Below, one piece after another: positions 27,789 to 37,167 of a stretch of 37,167 bases of DNA. Origin of the DNA: Promethearchaeota archaeon. GTDB taxonomy: Archaea; Asgardarchaeota; Lokiarchaeia; Sigyniarchaeales; SOKP01. Both the position numbers and the translations under genes were made by a program. Position 1 is the stretch's first letter, and every line of letters starts with the position of its first letter. A model generated the notes under the pieces. It made no database searches. It saw nothing but the letters and a program-made list of their open reading frames with translations, and was not told the DNA's origin. The stretch lies in contig JBHLME010000034.1 of assembly GCA_048938445.1 (NCBI GenBank), forward strand, positions 1-37,167, given 5' to 3'.

Positions 27789-28433
27789 ATGCAAATTGAA
27801 CAAAAAATTAACAAATCATTAGATTTTCTCTTTAATTTGATTCCAGGAGGATTGTTTGGAATCATATCAATGATTATTGGGTTAACAGGTGATTTTTTAG
27901 CAGCAGTGTATTATCCTGGGGGGTATAATATTTTTATACACCAGATTAGTAATTTAGGCATTTTAGAGTTAAGCCCAGGAAGAATCTTTTTTAATATAGG
28001 TGTGATTATATGTGGAATAATGGCACTTCCATTTAATATTTATTTAGGACGCTTTGTTAAAGAAGAATATGGAGAAAATCAATGGATAAGGATTGCCGTT
28101 GTTGCAAATCATATTTCAAGTTTCTCTTTAATATTTGTAGGGATTACTTTAGGGATTTCTCGTGTTCCTGAAGACATTCCTTTCTTTTTGCATGGTCTTT
28201 TTGCAGGTTTTTGCTTTTTAGGTGCTTCCATTTATTGTGCTATCTATAGTTGTTTATTTCTTAAAAAAAGAAATAAATTCTCCAGAAATTTTGCGATATT
28301 CGGATTTATTGTAGCGATAATAGAATTGATAATAATTTTCATATGGCATCCATTTATTGAATGGATAGCTAATTTTTCTATTATTTCTTGGATAATTATA
28401 GCAAGTTCCTATACGTTATACAAAAGATATTAA
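27789..28433 (+). CDS. DUF998 / Frag1-DRAM-Sfk1-like membrane protein
   Basis: YPGGYN...ISNLG, FFNIG, VGI, LH...A, EW. Confidence 0.75.
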   Translation: MQIEQKINKSLDFLFNLIPGGLFGIISMIIGLTGDFLAAVYYPGGYNIFIHQISNLGILELSPGRIFFNIGVIICGIMALPFNIYLGRFVKEEYGENQWIRIAVVANHISSFSLIFVGITLGISRVPEDIPFFLHGLFAGFCFLGASIYCAIYSCLFLKKRNKFSRNFAIFGFIVAIIELIIIFIWHPFIEWIANFSIISWIIIASSYTLYKRY

Positions 28434-28450
28434 CATAAATGTTTGTTTAA

Positions 28451-29575
28451 TTAACTCGTATGTATTCTTGGAGGTGGAACAAAAACATTTCGAAATCCTG
28501 TCCTTCTTAAAGAAATTGCTTTTGGTTCTTGAGGGCAGAAATGAGCGCAAACTCCACACCCAATGCATTTTTCCTCATTTACTTCTGCCTTGTTATCATC
28601 AGATAATTGAATGGCTTCCATTGGACATCTTTCAATACAAGTTTCACATCCAATGCATTCTTCTTCATTAACTTCAGCAATATAGGATGTTACAGTATGT
28701 AATGGCATTGCTCCTCGATAATAAAGTTGGAAAATTCCGCAGCAGCAATTACAACAATTACAAATCGCTTCTAAATCACGTTCTGGATTTTGATGTATGT
28801 GAAATGCTTTATGTACCAACCCTGCATCTTCTGCTTCTTTTAAAACTTTTAAAGCTTGATCCTTAGTAATTTTTTTAGCAAAATCATATTCAATACAAAA
28901 TTTAGCAGTTTTTCCAAGCATTAAACAATTCTCTCTAGGGGCATCTATCTTGCATGAATCATCAAGCAAGTCTTTTTCATGTCTACAATAGCACAGCGCT
29001 AATGCTATATCATCATATTTTTCGATTAATTTTTTTACATCTTCCTTTGAAAGAATAATATCTTCTCCTGGCTGAACTTCTTCTTCCACTGGCACGACTC
29101 TATCCACAGCAGGATAATTTTTAAATTGTGGAATTAATTGATCATAATTTTTACCAGTAGCAATCCCTACTTCTTCAAATAATTTATCAAAAAGTTTCGC
29201 TAACTTTTTTTCTTTTTCTGATTCTCCGGGACGCATTAGTTGGAACTCAAACATTCCTGGGAAAGGGGGTTGCAAGCGATAAACCGTGATTCCCGTGGTG
29301 GTACTTTGAGTTCCTACAATGATTCCATTAACTTGTAAGTCTTTCAACATTTTATTGAGAGCTTCTCCTTCTAAATCTGATCTTTCCTTTACTTCTTGGA
29401 TGTTCATGTTTGGCTTCTTTAAAAATACTTTTGTGATAAATTTTGCCTGATCTTCAGAAGTTATTGTTTGTAATAATTCAATTAATGTTTCATTTACAGG
29501 AAAGGGCATGTTTCCAGCTTTTACAATAGTCCTTGCTAATTTATACCATAATTTTTCAGACATTTTTTTTCTCAA
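28451..29575 (-). CDS. Cys-rich iron-sulfur protein with a C-terminal 2x[4Fe-4S] ferredoxin domain (start probably ATG 29563)
   Basis: CYCRH, GLVH, AICNCCNCCC, CIGCETCIERCP, CIGCGVCAHFCP; wHTH-like N-terminus. Confidence 0.9.
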   Translation of the reverse strand: MRKKMSEKLWYKLARTIVKAGNMPFPVNETLIELLQTITSEDQAKFITKVFLKKPNMNIQEVKERSDLEGEALNKMLKDLQVNGIIVGTQSTTTGITVYRLQPPFPGMFEFQLMRPGESEKEKKLAKLFDKLFEEVGIATGKNYDQLIPQFKNYPAVDRVVPVEEEVQPGEDIILSKEDVKKLIEKYDDIALALCYCRHEKDLLDDSCKIDAPRENCLMLGKTAKFCIEYDFAKKITKDQALKVLKEAEDAGLVHKAFHIHQNPERDLEAICNCCNCCCGIFQLYYRGAMPLHTVTSYIAEVNEEECIGCETCIERCPMEAIQLSDDNKAEVNEEKCIGCGVCAHFCPQEPKAISLRRTGFRNVFVPPPRIHTS

Positions 29576-29617
29576 TTCTTTTAATTTATTTCATTCTCTT
29601 TAACAATTTTTACCATT

Positions 29618-30631
29618 TTAAGATGAGATACCATTGCAAATACTAGATCTCTTCATATTGTTATTTAATATCCATTTACCATCTTCTACTTTCTTAATTA
29701 CTTGCCTTTCTAATAATTCTTCAATATGGTTTAAGATAAAATATCCTTCCCAGAAGTGTAACATTTTTTCCGCGTCAAAATCTAATTTTTTCCATTTTGA
29801 AATAACTTTGGGATTATAAATAAACCCTTTTAATGTGAGATCCTCCAAACTTTTTGGAATTGTTGGATCCTTTTCAAAGAAATTCAAAAGTTTTGCTTCA
29901 TTCTCATTAACTCTATTGAATATTTTTTTGAAGATTTCAGGTTGTTTTTCGAAAAATACTTCTCCGTGGCTGCTAGCAAGAATATAATTATTATTTAAAT
30001 AAAGTTCTTCAATTTTTTTAACGTCATTTCTGAGATCTTTTAAATTATTATATTTAAAACCATACCACGGTCCAAAATCTTCAAGGCCCATATCTGATGT
30101 AAATAAAATGCTTCTTGAAATGTTTTCGATTAGAAAAACAGTATGACCAGGTGAATGACTTAAAACTGGAATAGTTTTAATAGTTATTTTTCCAAATTTA
30201 AAATTCTCTCCAGGTTTAAATCCAATAACTGACTTGAGTTCTTTAAACTTAAGAAATTTAAAGATAAATGACTTGAAAATATCACCAACACCAAAATCTA
30301 AAGCTCCATTGACATTAACAAAATTATCAATATTTAACAAATATTCATTCTCAGGAATTGGGCAGAATATATCCAAATCAGGTTTTAATTCTTCTAAGAA
30401 ATGTAGATTATTCGCATGATCAAGATGAGTATGAGTAGCAAAATACGCGGTAATTTGATTATCTAAATTTTTTAACAATTGTTTGTATTCTCTCTTAGAA
30501 AAGTTACAATCAATTAGGATATTTCCTGAACCATTAACATTTTTTATTAAAAGTCCATTACATTTCCACATTGCTTTAATATCAGATTTGACAAGGAAGA
30601 TTCCGTCTTCAATTTTTTCATAGATAAGCAT
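29618..30631 (-). CDS. Metallo-beta-lactamase fold hydrolase
   Basis: THTHLDH, HSPGH, FTSD, SSHG. Confidence 0.9.
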   Translation of the reverse strand: MLIYEKIEDGIFLVKSDIKAMWKCNGLLIKNVNGSGNILIDCNFSKREYKQLLKNLDNQITAYFATHTHLDHANNLHFLEELKPDLDIFCPIPENEYLLNIDNFVNVNGALDFGVGDIFKSFIFKFLKFKELKSVIGFKPGENFKFGKITIKTIPVLSHSPGHTVFLIENISRSILFTSDMGLEDFGPWYGFKYNNLKDLRNDVKKIEELYLNNNYILASSHGEVFFEKQPEIFKKIFNRVNENEAKLLNFFEKDPTIPKSLEDLTLKGFIYNPKVISKWKKLDFDAEKMLHFWEGYFILNHIEELLERQVIKKVEDGKWILNNNMKRSSICNGISS

Positions 30632-30710
30632 GATTTATGACTGAAAGATAGTTGAAATATTATTGTTAAAGACAAATAGATACAATTAAATAAACTATAT
30701 ATAATTTGCT

Positions 30711-30738
30711 AATTTACTATACAAATATAGAGTAAATT
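30711..30738. promoter_or_regulatory. Inverted repeat AATTTACT-N12-AGTAAATT, candidate operator in a divergent promoter
   Basis: Perfect 8-bp arms at 30711..30718 and 30731..30738. Confidence 0.45.
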
Positions 30739-30803
30739 TTATTAGTAACAAATTTAATCATAATATAATAAAAAAAACTAAAATTATAACATCAATTAAA
30801 CTC

Positions 30804-31577
30804 ATGAACAATTTAGAGGATTATTTTTCAAAAATAGATGAAAAATTTGAAGGCTTGAATGCTAGAATTACAGCTCTGCAAGATCTTGTTCTTTACATGA
30901 AAAACGAGTTTGAATTACTTTCTAAAAGTAAAATTGAGAATCAAGGAATTGCCGAATTAACCGAACTTACAGAAACCAACATAAATCTATTCATAGATGA
31001 TAGACCAAAAAGTTGTTCACTCTTAGATCCTTGCACGACCTTGATTGAAAAATCTATTTTTAAAGTTCTTAATGAGTATGTAAAAAAAGGGTCCAATTCG
31101 GCAAATAAGTTATTAGGTTCATACTATACTGCAGTTGCTAAATACAAAGAGAATGGAAGATGTCCTGATAACAAATGCATTGACAATGCGTTAAAATTAT
31201 TTGATTCCGTAAAAAAATTAATTGAATCTAATATTGAAAAGAACTTAACATATTCAAGAAAAATTTTTAGTAAGATTAATGAAATCAAAACCAAAGAAGA
31301 AATTGAGAAAGTTGAGTGTAAATTAATATCACCTCTTTCCAGTGAATTAAGATTGAAAATATTGAAAATCCTTAGTAAGGGTAGTACTAACTACGCTCAA
31401 TTAGAACGTGAATTAGGGCTTAAGGGAGGCCATTTTTATTTTCATTTAGACAAATTGATTGATGCGGGATATGTAAAGCAGGAGGAAGAAAAAGGGTCTT
31501 ACTATATAACCATGAATGGAATTAAAGCATTAAAATTTTTATATGAACTTAGTCAAGAATTCGCGACACCTTATTGA
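30804..31577 (+). CDS. ArsR-like winged-helix transcription regulator with a Cys-containing N-terminal domain
   Basis: C-terminal PLSSELRLKILKIL...YAQL...GGHFYFHLDKL..AGYV...Y.IT..G; N-terminal CSLLDPC and CPDNKC. Confidence 0.87.
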   Translation: MNNLEDYFSKIDEKFEGLNARITALQDLVLYMKNEFELLSKSKIENQGIAELTELTETNINLFIDDRPKSCSLLDPCTTLIEKSIFKVLNEYVKKGSNSANKLLGSYYTAVAKYKENGRCPDNKCIDNALKLFDSVKKLIESNIEKNLTYSRKIFSKINEIKTKEEIEKVECKLISPLSSELRLKILKILSKGSTNYAQLERELGLKGGHFYFHLDKLIDAGYVKQEEEKGSYYITMNGIKALKFLYELSQEFATPY

Positions 31578-31655
31578 ATGATAATCCAAAATTTTAAGAA
31601 TTTATTCCATTTTATTTCTAATTTTATTGATATATGAATAATTCTCAATAAGGTC

Positions 31656-33416
31656 ATGAGGTTTGATAGCATAAACAGTATAAAATGTTTTTCAAGCCTT
31701 ATAAATTCGAATTACTCGAATAATTTAAATGTTCTAAAGATTATTATAATACACCAATCAAATATGATTAAGAAGAAAGTTATGAGTATGTTAAGCCGAT
31801 TAATAGGAAAAGCATTCAAGTTACCACCAGTTTTAACACGCGATATTTTTAAAGTAAAAAATATCGAAATACCCATGCGAGACGGAGTTGTTCTTCTCGC
31901 TGATCGCCATATTCCACGTGGTATAGAAAATCCACCATTACTACTTTGCAGATCTTCCTATGGCCGGAAAAGCTTATTTGGTTTGTTGTTCGGTAAAATT
32001 TTCGCTGAACGCGGCTACCAAGTATTAATTCAAAGCTGTAGGGGAACGCCTGGATCTGGCGGTATTTTAAATCCAAATGCCCAAGAGCATACGGATGGTC
32101 TTGATACTTTTGAATGGATGAAGAAACAAGACTGGTATCCTGGTACGTTTGGCACTATTGGTGGAAGCTACCTAGGTTACACTCAATGGGCTATAGCGGA
32201 TAAAGCTGGCACTGACCTTGTCTCAATGGTTCCCTTCATGACTACATCAACCTTCTCCAACCATTGGTACATGGGTAATTCACTCGCACTTGAGGAGTAT
32301 CTTACATGGTGGAGAACGATGACAACCTTAGAAAAAAAAATCAGTCTTTTTAGTTCACCATCGAAGTCAAAATTAAAACGCATTATGAATAACCTTCCCG
32401 TGATAGATTTCGATTTAAAATTAGCCGGAAAAGAACTGGCTGGATGGCGCATTGTAGTTGATAATAGTGAACCCCCCTATACATACTGGGAATCAACCGA
32501 CCGTAGGGACAAGTTATCCAATGTAAAGGCAAAGGTGAACTTAGTTACTGGTTGGTGGGATATTTTTTTACCATGGACGTTTGAAGACTACCTCAAATTA
32601 AAAGAGAATGGACACAAACCTTATCTAACAATTGGACCTTGGCCTCACGGAAATGTAGCAATGTTTGCGGAAGGAATAAGAGAGACAATTTTTTGGCATG
32701 ACGCTTTTTTCCGGAATAACGAAAATGAATTACGCAAGAATCCTGTCAGATTGTTCATAATGGGATCGAACGAGTGGAAAGAGTATCCCGAGTGGCCACC
32801 TCAAAAATCCAGCACTGAGTATTGGTATATACAACCTGGGGGAGGACTTTCGAAAAATGATCCCGCCATATCCGATCCGGATACGTACGTGTATGATCCA
32901 ATAAATCCCACGCCCAAAATTAAAGGTGGTTTTGGAGTGACGGGAGCACCATGGGGACAGAAAGATATTAGAAAGATTGAAAAAAGAAAAGATGTGCTTG
33001 TTTTTACAAGCAATCCTATTGAGAAAAGTTTAGAAATAATCGGACCAGTCAAGGCAGAACTTTACGTAAAATCTAGTCTTAATAATACTGACTTTCTTGT
33101 GCGCTTATGTGATGTGCACCCTAACGAGAAATGCCTGAATGTATGTGAAGGATTACAGAGAATGCGTCCCAAGGACATTTCACCTGCAGAAGATGGGATA
33201 TTTAAAGTAGTAGTTGAGCTATGGCCTACCGCCTACTATTTTAAAAAAGGACATCGTATAAGATTGCATATTGCAAGCGGATCTCATCCACGCTGGGTTC
33301 GCAATACGGGTAGTGGCGAACCGATAGCCACAGCCACAAAACTCATTGCGGCACATCAGGAAGTTTATCATGATCCAGAGCACCTCTCATCGATCATTCT
33401 ACCGATGATGCCCTGA
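31656..33416 (+). CDS. CocE/NonD family serine hydrolase (true start probably 31764 or 31782)
   Basis: PMRDGVVL, RSSYG, CRGTPGSGG, GGSYLG, GWWD, IGPWPH, FKKGHRIRL. Confidence 0.92.
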   Translation: MRFDSINSIKCFSSLINSNYSNNLNVLKIIIIHQSNMIKKKVMSMLSRLIGKAFKLPPVLTRDIFKVKNIEIPMRDGVVLLADRHIPRGIENPPLLLCRSSYGRKSLFGLLFGKIFAERGYQVLIQSCRGTPGSGGILNPNAQEHTDGLDTFEWMKKQDWYPGTFGTIGGSYLGYTQWAIADKAGTDLVSMVPFMTTSTFSNHWYMGNSLALEEYLTWWRTMTTLEKKISLFSSPSKSKLKRIMNNLPVIDFDLKLAGKELAGWRIVVDNSEPPYTYWESTDRRDKLSNVKAKVNLVTGWWDIFLPWTFEDYLKLKENGHKPYLTIGPWPHGNVAMFAEGIRETIFWHDAFFRNNENELRKNPVRLFIMGSNEWKEYPEWPPQKSSTEYWYIQPGGGLSKNDPAISDPDTYVYDPINPTPKIKGGFGVTGAPWGQKDIRKIEKRKDVLVFTSNPIEKSLEIIGPVKAELYVKSSLNNTDFLVRLCDVHPNEKCLNVCEGLQRMRPKDISPAEDGIFKVVVELWPTAYYFKKGHRIRLHIASGSHPRWVRNTGSGEPIATATKLIAAHQEVYHDPEHLSSIILPMMP

Positions 33417-33537
33417 TCCTTTCCTTACCTTATTTATTTTTGTTTGGAAAGCCAAGCTCCACCCATTATAATTATCGACACGCAATATATCCGTTCCCTT
33501 ATGAATTAATAAATATCTGTTAAACAGGAGTAAAAAT

Positions 33538-34017
33538 ATGAATGCGAATTACTATATAAATAACCTTAATTTGGAAAAACATCCTGAAGGAGGTTATTAT
33601 AAAGAAATCTATAGAAGTGATGAAATTGTTTCTTTTAATGATAGAAAAAGAAATTTAGGAACAAGTATATACTACCTATTAGAGTCAAAGGATGTTTCTC
33701 ATTTTCATAGACTAAAATCAGATGAAATTTTTCATTTTCATGATGGATCGTCTTTAATTATTTATATAATTGATTCTAATGGAGAATTAACAAAACATTC
33801 TTTAGGTTTGGATGTTGAAAAAGGTGAATATCCACAAATAATAATTCCAAAAGGTAGTATTTTTGGTGCTGAAGTTATAAAAGACAATTCTTTTACTCTC
33901 GTTGGCTGCATAGTATTTCCTGGTTTTAATTTTGAAGATTTTGAATTGTTAGATAGAAAGTATTTATTAAAGAATTATCCAAAATATAAAGAAATTATCA
34001 TTAAATTAACTAGATAA
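33538..34017 (+). CDS. Cupin domain protein (DUF985/Cupin_5)
   Basis: HPEGGYYKE, TSIYYLL, HFHRLKSDEIFHFH, VFPGFNFEDF. Confidence 0.92.
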   Translation: MNANYYINNLNLEKHPEGGYYKEIYRSDEIVSFNDRKRNLGTSIYYLLESKDVSHFHRLKSDEIFHFHDGSSLIIYIIDSNGELTKHSLGLDVEKGEYPQIIIPKGSIFGAEVIKDNSFTLVGCIVFPGFNFEDFELLDRKYLLKNYPKYKEIIIKLTR

Positions 34018-34128
34018 CTCGAGAATAATTGGTATTTGTAGGCAAATTAAAGAAAAATATATATTTAAAGTAGCTATCTTAGTTTTTAATGTTATTTAAT
34101 ACTATTTTATTTCTAATTTTATCAGTAC

Positions 34129-34467
34129 GTGAATAGAATTTTATTTAATACTAAAAAATCTAAATATTATCAAGATTTATTTAGAATTATTGATAAGTGT
34201 GATGATTTGGAGATTATTCTAACTCTAAGCATGTTTTGTATTGTTTTATTATTACTATTAATCATTATTTATTTACTGAAATCTAATATGGTGATTAAAA
34301 AGGATATTGACATAATTAAAGATGAATTAGACATTACAAGTGCTATTTCTGATGTGAAATTTAATAAATATCGAATAAACTATAAAAAAAGAGGTTCAAA
34401 ATTAAGAAATACCAGAGATCGGGAAGGTAAGAAGCAATTATCACTTGATTTTTTCATTAATTCTTGA
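34129..34467 (+). CDS. Small single-TM hypothetical protein (start possibly TTG 34207)
   Basis: Hydrophobic stretch, basic tail, C-terminal QLSLDFFI. Confidence 0.55.
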   Translation: MNRILFNTKKSKYYQDLFRIIDKCDDLEIILTLSMFCIVLLLLLIIIYLLKSNMVIKKDIDIIKDELDITSAISDVKFNKYRINYKKRGSKLRNTRDREGKKQLSLDFFINS

Positions 34468-34575
34468 ATTAAAGAATGGAAATAATTCATTAAAAGGTAT
34501 CAATAAAAGCATATAAACTATAAAAAACTCATTATCTATTATAAATTTATAAAGTAATAATAATAAGGTTATTAA

Positions 34576-35670
34576 ATGCGATATATCGAATATCAAATCG
34601 TCATTGGTGATGCTCCTCCGGAGATTTTATTTGAGGAGATTAAGGAAATAGCAACCCATGACCAAACTAAAAAGTTGGATTCCACTCAACAAGGGGTTGT
34701 AAGAGTTGATGCATATCCAGAAGGTGTAATACACCATATTAAAGAAGACCCTTACGTGTGGACATTTTCACTAATCTATCGAAATAAGACTTTTGACGTT
34801 ATAAAATTCAAGACAGCCGGATCATGGAGATCTGATGTTGAGGCAAAACAAGAATTATCAATCGATAAAGCGTTATATGTAGGGATTGTAGCAGGCGTAT
34901 TTTTTATAATGATCGATGAAAACATCGAGGATAATTTTACTCAACTTGCAGACATGATAGATGTATTTATTGAAAAAACTAAAACAGAAGAAGCTCCCTT
35001 CATTGTATATGGTTTAATTGAAAATAAACAAAAAATTGCAGAATTAAAGACAAACCAAGCACAATTAAAAAATCTAGCTGATGTTAAGCACTGGGTTTCA
35101 AAAAATGGTGGGGAATTCCGTCTTGAAAATTTGAAAGAGATGAAAGCAAATCTACCACATCTAATAACGGATTATAGTCATTATATTCTTACTAAACTTA
35201 AAACTAAAACAAATTATCCAGATCTCCAATTAGGAGAGGTTCATTTCTTGGATCATGAGGATTTAGCTGCGTTAAAAGAAATAGAAGAAGCATTAATGGA
35301 ACAAGCTAAAGCAGGTGAGACTGTAGATGCCTTATTATCAGATTTATTCTTTAAATTTTTACAAAAACCTGAGTTTATTGAAGAAAAATTTGTACCTATC
35401 GAAATTATCGAAGAAAAAGTTGAAGAGACAATAGAAGCAAGGCCTCCTCCTTCAAAGATAAAAATAATTCTTGAAGAAATCAGGAGAGGACTAAGGAGAC
35501 AATGCCCAAAATGCTTTAACATGGATAGAAATTCAATAAGAGAAGTGCTTGATCATGATAATTTGATTTATGATTTTGGAACCGATAAAATCTATGGTTT
35601 TAAATATATATGTGGAATGTGCGCTCATGAATGGAGGATTGAAAAGAATTGGAAAATTGAGGAATCGTAA
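34576..35670 (+). CDS. Hypothetical protein: degenerate small-GTPase-like N-terminal domain plus C-terminal zinc ribbon
   Basis: CPKC...CGMCAHEW at the C-terminus; the N-terminal ~210 aa follow Rab/Ras element order without G1/G4 residues. Confidence 0.7.
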   Translation: MRYIEYQIVIGDAPPEILFEEIKEIATHDQTKKLDSTQQGVVRVDAYPEGVIHHIKEDPYVWTFSLIYRNKTFDVIKFKTAGSWRSDVEAKQELSIDKALYVGIVAGVFFIMIDENIEDNFTQLADMIDVFIEKTKTEEAPFIVYGLIENKQKIAELKTNQAQLKNLADVKHWVSKNGGEFRLENLKEMKANLPHLITDYSHYILTKLKTKTNYPDLQLGEVHFLDHEDLAALKEIEEALMEQAKAGETVDALLSDLFFKFLQKPEFIEEKFVPIEIIEEKVEETIEARPPPSKIKIILEEIRRGLRRQCPKCFNMDRNSIREVLDHDNLIYDFGTDKIYGFKYICGMCAHEWRIEKNWKIEES

Positions 35671-35723
35671 TCGTAAACTTTTTAACTTTTTTTTAATGTT
35701 TTTATCCTACTCATTCTGAGAAC

Positions 35724-36920
35724 TTGTCATATCAAAAGGTGTTACACATTAAAATAGAATATGCTGAAAGACTTGGTAGGTTACCGAAATATATCTTTGC
35801 AGAAATTGAAGAACTCAAGGAACAAAAGAAACGAGAAGGTATTGATTTAATCCCTTTAGGAATTGGAGACCCTGATTTAGGCACTCCAGATATTATAGTA
35901 GATGAATTAATCAAACAGGTAAAAGTCTCAGAGAGTCAAAAATATCCTACTAGCATGGGAGAATCTGAATACCGGCAAGCCGTTGCCAGATGGTATAAAG
36001 TAAGATTTGGATTAGATTTTGATCCTGAAACGGAAATCAGCCATGTTATGGGAGGTAAAGAAGGAGTTGCGAATATAGCAAGAGCTTTTATTAATCCTGG
36101 CGATATCGTTTTATGCCCTAATCCCGGATATCCCGTGTATGCAAATGGGGCAACAAAGTTAAGTGATGGAGAACCTCATTTAATGCCTTTAAAAAAAGAG
36201 AATGAATTTCTTCCTAACTTTGAGGATTTAGATGCAAAAATTCTTAAGAAAGCAAAAATGATGTATTTAAATTATCCAAATAATCCAACTGGCGCCATTG
36301 CTTCTAAAGAGTTTTTAAAAGAAGCTGTAGATTTAGCAGAGGATAATAATTTCTTTATCGTGTATGATAATCCATATTCAGAATTTACCTATGATGATTA
36401 TATTGCCCCATCTCTTCTTCAAATTAGTGATGAACATATTGAAATAAACAGTGCATCAAAATTATTTAACATGACGGGATTTAGATGTGGATGGGTTGCT
36501 GGGAATAAAGAGATAATTGCGGGATTAAGAAAAGTAAAATCTCAAATTGATTCGGGAGGTTCCATTTTTATTCAAAAAGCAGTAATTAAGGGACTCAATG
36601 AATATAAATCAGAAAAAAAACCAGAAATCGTCGCAAAAAGTATCAATATTTATGAAAAACGTAGAGATGTTTTGATTAAAGGTTTAAATAATATGAGATG
36701 GAAAACAAATAAACCTGTAGCCACATTTTATGTTTGGACATCCATTCCAGAAGGAGAAAAAGATGATATGGAATTTGTTAAAAAATTGATAAATGTTGGC
36801 GTGGTTATCACTCCAGGAATCGGTTTTGGTGAATATGGCAAGAATTTTGTTAGATTTGCGCTTACTCAACCCGTTGATAGAATAAAAGAAGCCCTTGATA
36901 GAATAAAACAAGTTATATAA
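35724..36920 (+). CDS. dapL: Class I PLP-dependent aminotransferase, LL-diaminopimelate aminotransferase-like
   Basis: LPKYIFAEI, LGIGDPD, GGKEG, PGYPVY, YLNYPNNPTGA, DNPYSE, SASKLFNMTGFRCG, PGIGFGEYG..FVRFAL. Confidence 0.75.
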   Translation: MSYQKVLHIKIEYAERLGRLPKYIFAEIEELKEQKKREGIDLIPLGIGDPDLGTPDIIVDELIKQVKVSESQKYPTSMGESEYRQAVARWYKVRFGLDFDPETEISHVMGGKEGVANIARAFINPGDIVLCPNPGYPVYANGATKLSDGEPHLMPLKKENEFLPNFEDLDAKILKKAKMMYLNYPNNPTGAIASKEFLKEAVDLAEDNNFFIVYDNPYSEFTYDDYIAPSLLQISDEHIEINSASKLFNMTGFRCGWVAGNKEIIAGLRKVKSQIDSGGSIFIQKAVIKGLNEYKSEKKPEIVAKSINIYEKRRDVLIKGLNNMRWKTNKPVATFYVWTSIPEGEKDDMEFVKKLINVGVVITPGIGFGEYGKNFVRFALTQPVDRIKEALDRIKQVI

Positions 36921-36938
36921 AATATTTTAATTTTTGTA

Positions 36939-37166
36939 CTAAGTTTCTTTTAATTGTTCAAGTACATATTCTAATGTTGATATAAGCCTTTCTTTATATG
37001 ATTGTTGTTCCGGATAATTATAACTGAAAGTTTTCCAATGAGGACGTTTATGACCAATTTTAAATTTAATACCTTTCATTTGAGTCATATATGAATTACT
37101 ATCAAGTTTCGTCGCTATTTGATCCGCTATAATATACCAATGGTATTTCGTACCAATATTTGCACC
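36939..37166 (-). CDS. C-terminal part of a hypothetical protein (5' end outside window)
   Basis: Open frame read manually: GANIGTKYHWYIIADQIATKLDSNSYMTQMKGIKFKIGHKRPHW...LKET-stop. Confidence 0.7.
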   Translation of the reverse strand, partial: GANIGTKYHWYIIADQIATKLDSNSYMTQMKGIKFKIGHKRPHWKTFSYNYPEQQSYKERLISTLEYVLEQLKET

Positions 37167-37167
37167 A

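Noticed and set aside
1102-36911. Short nested or antisense ORFs in the track (e.g. 1102, 2475, 2546, 3427, 5811, 10515, 12068, 16482, 17734, 21529, 32183, 35253, 36684)
   Set aside because: Each overlaps a well-supported gene and has no motifs; these are shadow ORFs.
1-37167. CRISPR array, IS element, intein or rRNA
   Set aside because: No spaced direct repeats, transposase motifs, intein insertion or long GC-rich structural RNA was seen by eye.

Overview
AT-rich archaeal chromosomal window. Gene content and style point to an Asgard archaeon, most likely Lokiarchaeia (inference): PolB1-type polymerase, tetraether synthase, AbrB-PhoU regulator, intron-containing tRNA-Thr, T-tract terminators, frequent TTG/GTG starts. 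From left to right: (i) a partial epimerase and a lipid-related block (Tes radical SAM enzyme with an abutting small ORF, membrane alpha/beta hydrolase, CTP-dependent polyprenol/DAG-type kinase); (ii) DNA polymerase B, small genes and tRNA-Thr(UGU); (iii) a ~12 kb co-oriented phosphorus island (cytoplasmic AlkP-superfamily hydrolase, AbrB-PhoU, an ABC importer that is not PstSCAB, three DUF47 proteins, a PiT transporter); (iv) mixed metabolic and membrane genes, including tandem 7TM paralogues, a GC-richer CocE hydrolase, a Ras/Rab-fold pseudo-GTPase candidate fused to a zinc ribbon, and a DapL-like aminotransferase. The best candidate for an undescribed system is the PhoU/DUF47-embedded ABC importer, whose two different ATPases carry complementary degenerations that would leave one working ATP site. 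No CRISPR array, transposase, integrase or rRNA was seen. All family calls come from motif recognition, not database searches.
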